Virus record (IMG/VR): IMGVR_UViG_3300043418_000120
Location: 109,881 to 173,880 of that record
Source of the DNA: a virus
Reading direction: 5' to 3' (one strand)
DNA length: 64,000 nt
The first letter of the stretch is position 1. The number at the start of each line of letters is the position of its first letter. The translations under genes were made by a program, and so were the position numbers. Under the pieces are notes generated by a model. It made no database searches and had not been told where the DNA came from. It saw only the letters and a program-made list of their open reading frames with translations. Shown in pieces: positions 18,294 through 24,233 of this stretch.

Positions 18294-18368
18294 ACCCGAT
18301 TAGCTCAGAGGTAGAGCACTCGCTTGATAAGCGATAGGTGAGTGGATCGTTACCACTATCGGGTACCA
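18294..18368 (+). tRNA. tRNA-Ile(GAT)
   Basis: TT-GAT-AA loop; variant T-loop ATCGTTA; CCA. Confidence 0.88.
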
Positions 18369-18373
18369 TGTTT

Positions 18374-18436
18374 TAGGATAGGTTCTGCAAATAACACTGC
18401 TAACTTTGGATGTCTAGCGACAAAAACTATCCTGTT
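18374..18436 (+). ncRNA. CWGCAA-scaffold ncRNA 1
   Basis: TAGGATAGGTTCTGCAA...AACTATCCTGTT terminal stem. Confidence 0.65.
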
Positions 18437-18442
18437 GATTTT

Positions 18443-18527
18443 GGAAGTGTAGGAAAATTGGTAACCCCAGGAGACTGTAAATCTTCCGCCTCTGGCATTG
18501 TTGGTTCAAGTCCAACCTCTTCCACCA
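18443..18527 (+). tRNA. tRNA-Tyr(GTA)
   Basis: CT-GTA-AA loop, long variable arm, CCA. Confidence 0.88.
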
Positions 18528-18660
18528 ATTTCGCTGTCGAGAGGCAGTGATACGTTCCCAACATTAGGGTTGGGCGTGTTAAAGTTCGGGTCTTCACCAG
18601 AAGGTCTTTTCGGTTGCCACGATAGAGCAACGGCTAAAGTTCGTAATGCCACAAATTCAT

Positions 18661-18736
18661 GCTTCGTTAGCTCAATTGGGAGAGCACTGCACTGTCACTG
18701 CAGAGGTAAGGGGATCGAAACCCCTACGAGGCGCCA
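18661..18736 (+). tRNA. tRNA-Asp(GTC)
   Basis: CT-GTC-AC loop, G73, CCA. Confidence 0.9.
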
Positions 18737-18740
18737 ATTT

Positions 18741-18811
18741 TAGGATGAGTTCTGCAACAAAAATAGAACACCAAACTTTTAATTTGACATGTTCGTCAAA
18801 ATCATCCTGTT
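18741..18811 (+). ncRNA. CWGCAA-scaffold ncRNA 2 with Lys(TTT) anticodon stem-loop
   Basis: TAGGATGAGTTCTGCAA...ATCATCCTGTT; CAAA-CT-TTT-AA-TTTG at 18772-18786. Confidence 0.65.
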
Positions 18812-18817
18812 GTATTT

Positions 18818-18892
18818 GGGGGCAGTAGAGGGCTACGGGTAACCCTTGCAAGGTTGCTGTCTAGATCGGTTCGATACCGACGGTCTCCACCA
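18818..18892 (+). tRNA. atypical tRNA-Ala(TGC)
   Basis: CT-TGC-AA loop, G3.U70, reduced D-arm, CCA. Confidence 0.65.
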
Positions 18893-18979
18893 AGAGCAAA
18901 TAGAAGTCTTGTTTTGATGCATGGCTTCTCAATGTTTGTTAGTTTCAATGGGTGTTATAGAAACTACCACTAATTTTAT

Positions 18980-19054
18980 GCCTTGTTAGCTCAGTGGTAG
19001 AGCTCCCTCCTTACAAGTGGGATGTCGGCGGTTCGAACCCGTCACAAGGTACCA
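18980..19054 (+). tRNA. tRNA-Val(TAC)
   Basis: CT-TAC-AA loop, CCA. Confidence 0.9.
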
Positions 19055-19059
19055 AACAT

Positions 19060-19151
19060 GGAAAGTAATGCAGCTGGGATGGTCCGGCGACCAGCCTTGA
19101 AAACTGGGTTCTCAGAAATGGGATGGGGTTCGACTCCTCTGCTTTCCGCCA
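19060..19151 (+). tRNA. tRNA-Ser(TGA)
   Basis: CT-TGA-AA loop, long variable arm, GCCA. Confidence 0.85.
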
Positions 19152-19156
19152 AAATT

Positions 19157-19231
19157 GCGTTGTAAACTTTGACGATGAAGTCTCGGCTCTTAACCGATGG
19201 GAAGATAGTTTGAATCTATCACGACGCACCA
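19157..19231 (+). tRNA. tRNA-Lys(CTT)
   Basis: CT-CTT-AA loop, CCA; divergent D and T loops. Confidence 0.75.
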
Positions 19232-19293
19232 AAGCCTCGCCATGACACTCGGCGTATAATGAGATAAGTGATGTGTTCCGAAGATTACTTTGG

Positions 19294-19368
19294 GGTGGGT
19301 ATAGTGTAGTGGTAGCACCCAACTCTGTGAAAGTTGTAGTATGGGATCGTTACCCATTATTCACCCCA
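19294..19368 (+). tRNA. tRNA-His(GTG)
   Basis: CT-GTG-AA loop, G-1:C73, T-loop ATCGTTA. Confidence 0.85.
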
Positions 19369-19380
19369 AAGTAATTTTGT

Positions 19381-19456
19381 GCCTCTGTAGTTCAACGGAT
19401 TAGAATACGGTGCTACGAACGCTGAGACGGGAGTTCGATTCTCTCCAGAGGTACCA
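19381..19456 (+). tRNA. tRNA-Arg(ACG)
   Basis: CT-ACG-AA loop, CCA. Confidence 0.9.
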
Positions 19457-19467
19457 AAAAGATTTTC

Positions 19468-19541
19468 GCCCTATTAGTATAATGGCATTACACCTGTTTT
19501 GTAATCAGGTTACGGCAGTTCGATTCTGTCATGGGGCACCA
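19468..19541 (+). tRNA. tRNA-Thr(TGT)
   Basis: TT-TGT-AA loop, CCA. Confidence 0.85.
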
Positions 19542-19550
19542 GTTGACCAT

Positions 19551-19671
19551 TAGGTTCATTTCAGCAATCAAAAATAATCTTTCTGTAAAAAAGAGGGTCT
19601 GGGTTCGAATCCCAGCGGTGAGTTGGTCTTCACTGTGGTGTAATGGTAGCACGAAAAAAGTTGAACCTGTT
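19551..19671 (+). ncRNA. CWGCAA-scaffold ncRNA 3 carrying a complete circularly permuted tRNA-Tyr mimic
   Basis: TAGGTTCA..CAGCAA; anticodon arm (GTA), T-arm, sealed acceptor stem, D-arm; TGAACCTGTT. Confidence 0.75.
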
Positions 19672-19677
19672 TAACAT

Positions 19678-19752
19678 ATCGCATTCGACTTCAGGTGAGG
19701 TCATCAGCCTTTCAAGCTGACTAGACGGGATCGTTACCCGTATGCGATACCA
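19678..19752 (+). tRNA. tRNA-Glu(TTC), second copy
   Basis: CT-TTC-AA loop, T-loop ATCGTTA, CCA. Confidence 0.82.
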
Positions 19753-19760
19753 AGAATTAT

Positions 19761-19839
19761 TCCGTAGAATCCAAGCAAGGTGCAAGGACGTGACTGTTAA
19801 TCACTGATTAGACTGGTTCGATCCCAGTGTACGGAGCCA
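19761..19839 (+). tRNA. tRNA-Asn(GTT), divergent
   Basis: CT-GTT-AA loop, GCCA; atypical D-arm. Confidence 0.72.
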
Positions 19840-19992
19840 GTATTAGTCGGAGTAATTAACCGAAAAGTAAATAGTAGACGATCTCGCCATCTCGGTCGTC
19901 TTTGCAGTGTATACTGCGTCAGCTTGGTTGCACAAGTTGAGAAACACTGGGGTAAGAGTCCCAATTGATCGATGTGCACTAATTGTTTTCGT

Positions 19993-20068
19993 GGGGGTAT
20001 AGCTCATCTGGTAGAGCAGGTGCTTTGCAAGCATCAGGTGGCGGGTTCGAGTCCTGTTGCCTCCACCA
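19993..20068 (+). tRNA. tRNA-Ala(TGC)
   Basis: canonical cloverleaf, G3.U70. Confidence 0.92.
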
Positions 20069-20077
20069 AGTTTTTAT

Positions 20078-20151
20078 CTGGGTATAAGATAGTGGTAGTC
20101 TCCGAGCCTTGGATGCTTGAAGCGGGAGTTCGATTCTCCATTCCCAGACCA
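20078..20151 (+). tRNA. tRNA-Pro(TGG), divergent
   Basis: CT-TGG-AT loop, C1-G72, ACCA. Confidence 0.75.
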
Positions 20152-20160
20152 ATTTTTTGT

Positions 20161-20238
20161 TGGGGTATCGCCTAGTCTGGCCTAAGGCAACGGTCTTTGA
20201 AATCGTCATCATCAGTTCGAATCTGATTACCCCTGCCA
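20161..20238 (+). tRNA. tRNA-Gln(TTG)
   Basis: CT-TTG-AA loop, GCCA. Confidence 0.88.
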
Positions 20239-20257
20239 GTTTTTAAGGAAATTCAAA

Positions 20258-20311
20258 ATGAAAGTATTAAAACGAAAACCCCGAAAGTGTCGAAAGCGCA
20301 TGGGTCTATAG
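20258..20311 (+). CDS. Lys/Arg-rich 17-aa mini-ORF ending inside tRNA-Lys(TTT)
   Basis: SD TAAGGA; MKVLKRKPRKCRKRMGL; stop TAG at tRNA positions 8-10. Confidence 0.4.
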   Translation: MKVLKRKPRKCRKRMGL

Positions 20312-20378
20312 TTTAACGGCAAAAACATCTGGCTTTTAACCAGTAAGACTCTCGGTTCGAATCCGAGTAGACCCACCA
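20302..20378 (+). tRNA. tRNA-Lys(TTT)
   Basis: CT-TTT-AA loop, CCA. Confidence 0.88.
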
Positions 20379-20479
20379 TATAAAAACATACTTGCTGAAG
20401 TTGGTTCAGTTAGACAGGGAGATCCAATTGCCTATGTCGTTGAGTGTGTTTTTATATGGTATATAAGTATATACTACAT

Positions 20480-20554
20480 TCCAGTGTAGCACAGCGGTAG
20501 TGCAGTTGACTGTTAATCAATTGGTCGTTGGTTCGATCCCAGCCACTGGAGCCA
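20480..20554 (+). tRNA. tRNA-Asn(GTT)
   Basis: canonical cloverleaf, GCCA. Confidence 0.92.
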
Positions 20555-20563
20555 AATTTTTAT

Positions 20564-20637
20564 AGCGGGTAGGGTGGTCACCACTCCAGTCTCATAAGCT
20601 CGGAGCATCGGCAGTTCGAATCTGTCACCCGCATCCA
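20564..20637 (+). tRNA. atypical tRNA(CAT), Met/fMet-like
   Basis: CT-CAT-AA loop, A1xA72 mismatch, reduced D-arm, CCA. Confidence 0.6.
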
Positions 20638-20641
20638 TTTT

Positions 20642-20700
20642 TAGGATCCGTCCAGCAAATTACCTAATTCAACTTGTAATTGAAAAATAAGGATCCTGTT
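20642..20700 (+). ncRNA. CWGCAA-scaffold ncRNA 4 with Thr(TGT) anticodon stem-loop
   Basis: TAGGATCCGTCCAGCAA...GGATCCTGTT; TTCAA-CT-TGT-AA-TTGAA at 20668-20684. Confidence 0.7.
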
Positions 20701-20707
20701 GATATTT

Positions 20708-20783
20708 GCCCTTATAGCTCATCTGGTAGAGCAACCGCCTTGTAAGCGGTAGGTGGTCAGTTCGAGTCCGACTGAGGGCACCA
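20708..20783 (+). tRNA. tRNA-Thr(TGT), second copy
   Basis: canonical cloverleaf. Confidence 0.92.
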
Positions 20784-20791
20784 TTTATAAT

Positions 20792-20868
20792 CGGAATGTA
20801 GCGCAGTCTGGTAGCGCACCTCGTTTGGGACGAGGGGGTCCAAGGTTCGAATCCTTGTATTCCGACCA
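20792..20868 (+). tRNA. tRNA-Pro(TGG)
   Basis: TT-TGG-GA loop; canonical. Confidence 0.92.
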
Positions 20869-20885
20869 ACACTTTGAAAGATAAC

Positions 20886-21149
20886 ATGACAACAATTAAC
20901 CCTATTAAGAACAACTTGTACATTGCTCAGAACAAGAAAGAAGATACCACTGAGATGGGCATCATTATTTCTAATGGTCTTGGTAACACTGCCTCTGCGT
21001 ATGTGTTGGCTATTGGTCCTGACATTACAGAATGTAAAGTAGGTGATACAGTTTATGTTGACTGGTCAAAGAGTTACCCAGTAACTATTGACGGTGCGCA
21101 GCGTGCGATGATCAAGATTGATCATGTGATTGCTGTCGTTGAAGAATAA
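20886..21149 (+). CDS. GroES-like co-chaperonin
   Basis: P...L.I, T..GII, VLAIGP, KVGDTV, ..IAVVE pattern. Confidence 0.75.
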   Translation: MTTINPIKNNLYIAQNKKEDTTEMGIIISNGLGNTASAYVLAIGPDITECKVGDTVYVDWSKSYPVTIDGAQRAMIKIDHVIAVVEE

Positions 21150-21150
21150 T

Positions 21151-21226
21151 CTCGCCATGGTCTAACGGATAAGGCAACGGTCTTCTACACCGTCCGATGG
21201 GAGTTCGAATCTCTCTGGCGAGGCCA
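21151..21226 (+). tRNA. tRNA-Arg(TCT)
   Basis: CT-TCT-AC loop, GCCA. Confidence 0.9.
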
Positions 21227-21233
21227 AAGATTT

Positions 21234-21339
21234 TAGGTTAGGTTCTGCAAACAAAATTAGCTGGTTCGATTCCAGCATTATCCACCCAGTCGAAAGACAC
21301 TCGGATGATGTGCCACGGTGGCAATCAAACTAACCTGTT
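21234..21339 (+). ncRNA. CWGCAA-scaffold ncRNA 5 (YrlA-like: T-arm, closed acceptor stem, D-like arm)
   Basis: TAGGTTAGGTTCTGCAA; GCTGG-TTCGATT-CCAGC; ATTATCC/GGATGAT; AACTAACCTGTT. Confidence 0.7.
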
Positions 21340-21348
21340 GTATTATAA

Positions 21349-21425
21349 GCGGATGTGATGGAATTGGTATACGTGTTGGTCTTAGAAGCCAAATTTTGTG
21401 AGTTCGAGTCTCACCATCCGCACCA
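21349..21425 (+). tRNA. tRNA-Leu(TAG), short variable arm
   Basis: CT-TAG-AA loop, CCA. Confidence 0.85.
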
Positions 21426-21436
21426 ATTTTTTTTAT

Positions 21437-21512
21437 GCCTGGATAGCTCAGTTGGTAGAGCGGCAGATTGAAAATCTGCGCGTCGGCGGTTCGATCCCGT
21501 CTCTAGGCACCA
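21437..21512 (+). tRNA. tRNA-Phe(GAA)
   Basis: canonical cloverleaf. Confidence 0.92.
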
Positions 21513-21518
21513 GTTTAT

Positions 21519-21595
21519 TACGGAGTAGTTCCAATTGGCAGAACGGCGGATTCCAAATCCGTTAGTTGGGGGTTCGAGTCCCTCCTCCGTAGCCA
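21519..21595 (+). tRNA. tRNA-Trp(CCA)
   Basis: TT-CCA-AA loop, GCCA. Confidence 0.9.
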
Positions 21596-21601
21596 GATTA
21601 T

Positions 21602-21677
21602 GGTGATGTAGCTCAGTTGGCAGAGCAGCTCCTTCATACGGAGACGGTCGGGAGCTCGGATCTCTCCATCACCACCA
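21602..21677 (+). tRNA. tRNA-Met(CAT), elongator-like
   Basis: TT-CAT-AC loop; variant T-loop CTCGGAT. Confidence 0.82.
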
Positions 21678-21837
21678 AGTTTTGAGATAGACGTTTGGAT
21701 GAGTCCCTTATGTGCTAGTGCCCTATTCTTGAGCATGACACACCAGTAGCGGCATAAGGTTGTTAAACTCTCCTATACGAGACAAGCCCAGCGAGTCCTT
21801 GAGAAAGATAGTTGGAACTCTCAAAAACCTATAATAT

Positions 21838-21911
21838 GCGTGTGTAGTTTAATGGTAAAATCAGACGTTGCCAACGTTTAGTTGAGAGTTCGATTCTCTC
21901 CACCCGCACCA
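21838..21911 (+). tRNA. tRNA-Gly(GCC)
   Basis: TT-GCC-AA loop, CCA. Confidence 0.85.
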
Positions 21912-21923
21912 AACATAGTCATA

Positions 21924-21972
21924 CCCCTACGCAATGTAGGGGCTTTACTTTAATTCAGATTTAAGGTATAAT
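21924..21972 (+). promoter_or_regulatory. palindrome plus sigma70-type promoter
   Basis: CCCCTAC-N5-GTAGGGG then TTTACT-17-TATAAT. Confidence 0.7.
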
Positions 21973-21978
21973 AGAGTT

Positions 21979-22479
21979 ATGACAAAAGAAAACAGATTTA
22001 TTGAAAACGTATCCCGCGATGATGCTCGCAAGGGTTGGCACATGGACGCAGGTCCCAATGCTATGCTGATTCAGATCAGTGACCCAGCAGGTGGATTCCC
22101 CGATCCAACTTACAAGTTCAAAGAGATTCACCAGTTTGAATTCTTGGATGCAGAAGATGGCGATCGTTTCCCTGATGAGTGCATGATTCAAGATGAGCAA
22201 GCTGTTGAGTTGGTTCGCCTTCTGCAACATGCCCTTGATAATGCGATGAACGTAGTTGTTCATTGCCATGCTGGTATCTGTCGTAGCGGAGCAGTGGTTG
22301 AAGTTGGAGTCATGATGGGCTTCACTCCTACTGATCGTTTCCGCCAACCAAACCTTCGCGTAAAGCATCGAATGATGAAAGCCTTGGGATGGACATACGA
22401 CTCTGCCGAGAAGCATAGTTCTACTGGTGGCTACATCTCCAACGATGGGATTTGGTTACCAAACAATTTTGGAGTTTGA
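21979..22479 (+). CDS. CX5R (dual-specificity/tyrosine) phosphatase-like protein
   Basis: VHCHAGICRSG motif. Confidence 0.85.
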   Translation: MTKENRFIENVSRDDARKGWHMDAGPNAMLIQISDPAGGFPDPTYKFKEIHQFEFLDAEDGDRFPDECMIQDEQAVELVRLLQHALDNAMNVVVHCHAGICRSGAVVEVGVMMGFTPTDRFRQPNLRVKHRMMKALGWTYDSAEKHSSTGGYISNDGIWLPNNFGV

Positions 22480-22480
22480 T

Positions 22481-23056
22481 ATGGCTGATGTATTTTTCAC
22501 CAGCGACACGCACTTCGGACACATGGGTGTTTGTAAGTTTATGCGCGACGATGGTGTGACGAAGTTGAGACCATGGGATAGTCCTGAAGAAATGGACGAA
22601 GCCATGGTGAAGATGTGGAATGAAACCGTCAAGCCGACAGACAAAGTTTATCATTTGGGTGACGTAGTCATCAATCGAAAGGCTTTGAAGATTATGTCGC
22701 GTTTGAATGGTGATAAGGTTTTGATCAAGGGAAACCATGACATTTTTAGGTTGGAAGATTACACGGAGCATTTCCGCGATATCCGCGCCTACCATGTCAC
22801 CAATGGTATGATCTTGAGTCATATCCCAGTCCACGAAAGTAACTTGTATCGTTTCGGTACAAACATCCATGGTCATACTCATAGTAACCGTGTGATGACA
22901 ACATCAAGGTTTATGCGTCAAGAAATCATTGACCCACGATACCAATGTGTTTGCGTTGAACAAACAGACTTTAAGCCAATCGCGTTTGAAGATGTTATGC
23001 AACGTATCAAAGATGAAGGTGGTACTGTTGGTTTCAGAACCAAGAGTAACAACTGA
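22481..23056 (+). CDS. calcineurin-like metallophosphoesterase
   Basis: SDTHFGH, LGD, GNHD, SH.P, HGHTH motifs. Confidence 0.9.
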   Translation: MADVFFTSDTHFGHMGVCKFMRDDGVTKLRPWDSPEEMDEAMVKMWNETVKPTDKVYHLGDVVINRKALKIMSRLNGDKVLIKGNHDIFRLEDYTEHFRDIRAYHVTNGMILSHIPVHESNLYRFGTNIHGHTHSNRVMTTSRFMRQEIIDPRYQCVCVEQTDFKPIAFEDVMQRIKDEGGTVGFRTKSNN

Positions 23057-23150
23057 TTTTGCTTGCAAGCTGATCTCGGTGCTTCCGTGCTCCCGAGCGA
23101 GAATAGCTGATATTGTTTCAGCAAGACGGAGCCAAATTTAGGAGAACAGA

Positions 23151-23288
23151 ATGTCGAAAGCAAAAGAGACACTCGAAAAGGCGTACGGCTCTGTTCCCAA
23201 AGAAGTTGGGTTCTATTTCGTAGTGCCCTTCGAGTTTAGAGGTATAAGATTCTATCTTTTGAAAATCAAGAGATGGTTTACAAGATAA
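23151..23288 (+). CDS. small hypothetical protein (45 aa)
   Basis: SD AGGAG; MSKAKETLEKAYGSVPKEVG... Confidence 0.55.
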   Translation: MSKAKETLEKAYGSVPKEVGFYFVVPFEFRGIRFYLLKIKRWFTR

Positions 23289-23290
23289 TT

Positions 23291-23380
23291 GGTGCGGTCC
23301 CATAATGGTATTGGAGCGGTTTGCTAAACCGTCGACTTACGAAAGTAGGTTTCTGAGTTCGAGTCTCAGTCGCACCGCCA
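23291..23380 (+). tRNA. tRNA-Ser(GCT)
   Basis: TT-GCT-AA loop, long variable arm, GCCA. Confidence 0.88.
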
Positions 23381-23385
23381 AGTTT

Positions 23386-23610
23386 TAGGATACATTCAGC
23401 AACACAAAATGCAATGAAAGCCTCGTGTCGGTGGTTCAAATCCATCCCCCTTCACTTACCATACCACCTTGACGGTGATACTCAGAATTTGAAACTCTGC
23501 GGCTAATGGTAAGTTGCGTAACAACCAGTGCCTAAACAAGATAGGAAACGCTGGTGTGGTAAGTGAAGGGGTAGCTCAGTTTGGTAGAGCAGAGTAAAAC
23601 GTATCCTGTT
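23386..23610 (+). ncRNA. CWGCAA-scaffold ncRNA 6 (YrlA-like, greatly extended acceptor stem)
   Basis: TAGGATAC..CAGCAA; T-arm GGTGG-TTCAAAT-CCATC; CCCCTTCACTTACCATACCA/TGGTGTGGTAAGTGAAGGGG; D-arm TAGCTCAGTTTGGTAGAGC; GTATCCTGTT. Confidence 0.75.
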
Positions 23611-23623
23611 GAAAGAGAAAATT

Positions 23624-23860
23624 ATGTGGGAAATTAAATTTGAAAACACAGTGCTGAACGCAAGTCCAACACTGTCTGATGCGATAACTTTTGCGAAAGG
23701 TTATGGTAAGTTCGTTACTATCACTGACGGCACAACAGAGATTGTTGGTGCATTCGGTGTTGCTGCTGTTGAGAATGCGGTTCTACCAGACGGTGAGTCG
23801 TATACTTGGACTATGCGCCGCGACGAAACGCATCGAAGCTGGAAAAAGAAAAGTGTTTAA
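23624..23860 (+). CDS. hypothetical protein
   Basis: ATG 23624; EIVG.FGV and LPDG..Y.W motifs. Confidence 0.65.
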   Translation: MWEIKFENTVLNASPTLSDAITFAKGYGKFVTITDGTTEIVGAFGVAAVENAVLPDGESYTWTMRRDETHRSWKKKSV

Positions 23861-23861
23861 T

Positions 23862-23938
23862 GCGGATGTGATGGAATTGGTATACGTGCTGGCTTCAAAA
23901 GCTAGATTCTGTGGGTTCGAGTCCCACCATCCGCACCA
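23862..23938 (+). tRNA. tRNA-Leu(CAA), short variable arm
   Basis: TT-CAA-AA loop; near-duplicate of the Leu(TAG) body. Confidence 0.85.
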
Positions 23939-23942
23939 AATT

Positions 23943-24017
23943 GGGCTTATAGCTTAATGGTAAAGCAGTCGACTCATAATCGGTTGAGTCTTGGTTCAAT
24001 TCCAAGTGAGCCCACCA
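23943..24017 (+). tRNA. tRNA(CAT), probably Ile2 (lysidine type)
   Basis: CT-CAT-AA loop; GGGCTTA acceptor resembles bacterial Ile2. Confidence 0.75.
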
Positions 24018-24049
24018 AGAAATTAAGGCGATAAATTTTTAAAGAATAT

Positions 24050-24127
24050 GGCTGGATGGCAGAGAGGTCAAATGCAACGGATTGCAAATCCGTAAAGTCG
24101 TCGGTTCAAATCCGACTCCAGCTTCCA
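24050..24127 (+). tRNA. tRNA-Cys(GCA)
   Basis: TT-GCA-AA loop, U73. Confidence 0.9.
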
Positions 24128-24133
24128 AACAAT

Positions 24134-24211
24134 GCGGCAGTAGTGCAATTGGTAGGAGACAAGAGACTTAAACCCTCTACAGTGTGGGTTCGAATCCCAT
24201 CTGCCGCACCA
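24134..24211 (+). tRNA. tRNA-Leu(TAA), short variable arm
   Basis: CT-TAA-AC loop, CCA. Confidence 0.82.
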
Positions 24212-24233
24212 TGGTTTTACAAAGGTGATTGAT

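Noticed and set aside
17892-21736. Track ORFs overlapping the tRNA array (e.g. 17892-18104, 18498-18743, 19011-19322, 19972-20175, 21518-21736)
   Set aside because: They overlap tRNA genes, lack SD sequences and read as translated tRNA sequence
23060-23140. Possible degenerate tRNA ending in GCCA
   Set aside because: Hairpins are present but no convincing T-loop or cloverleaf could be built
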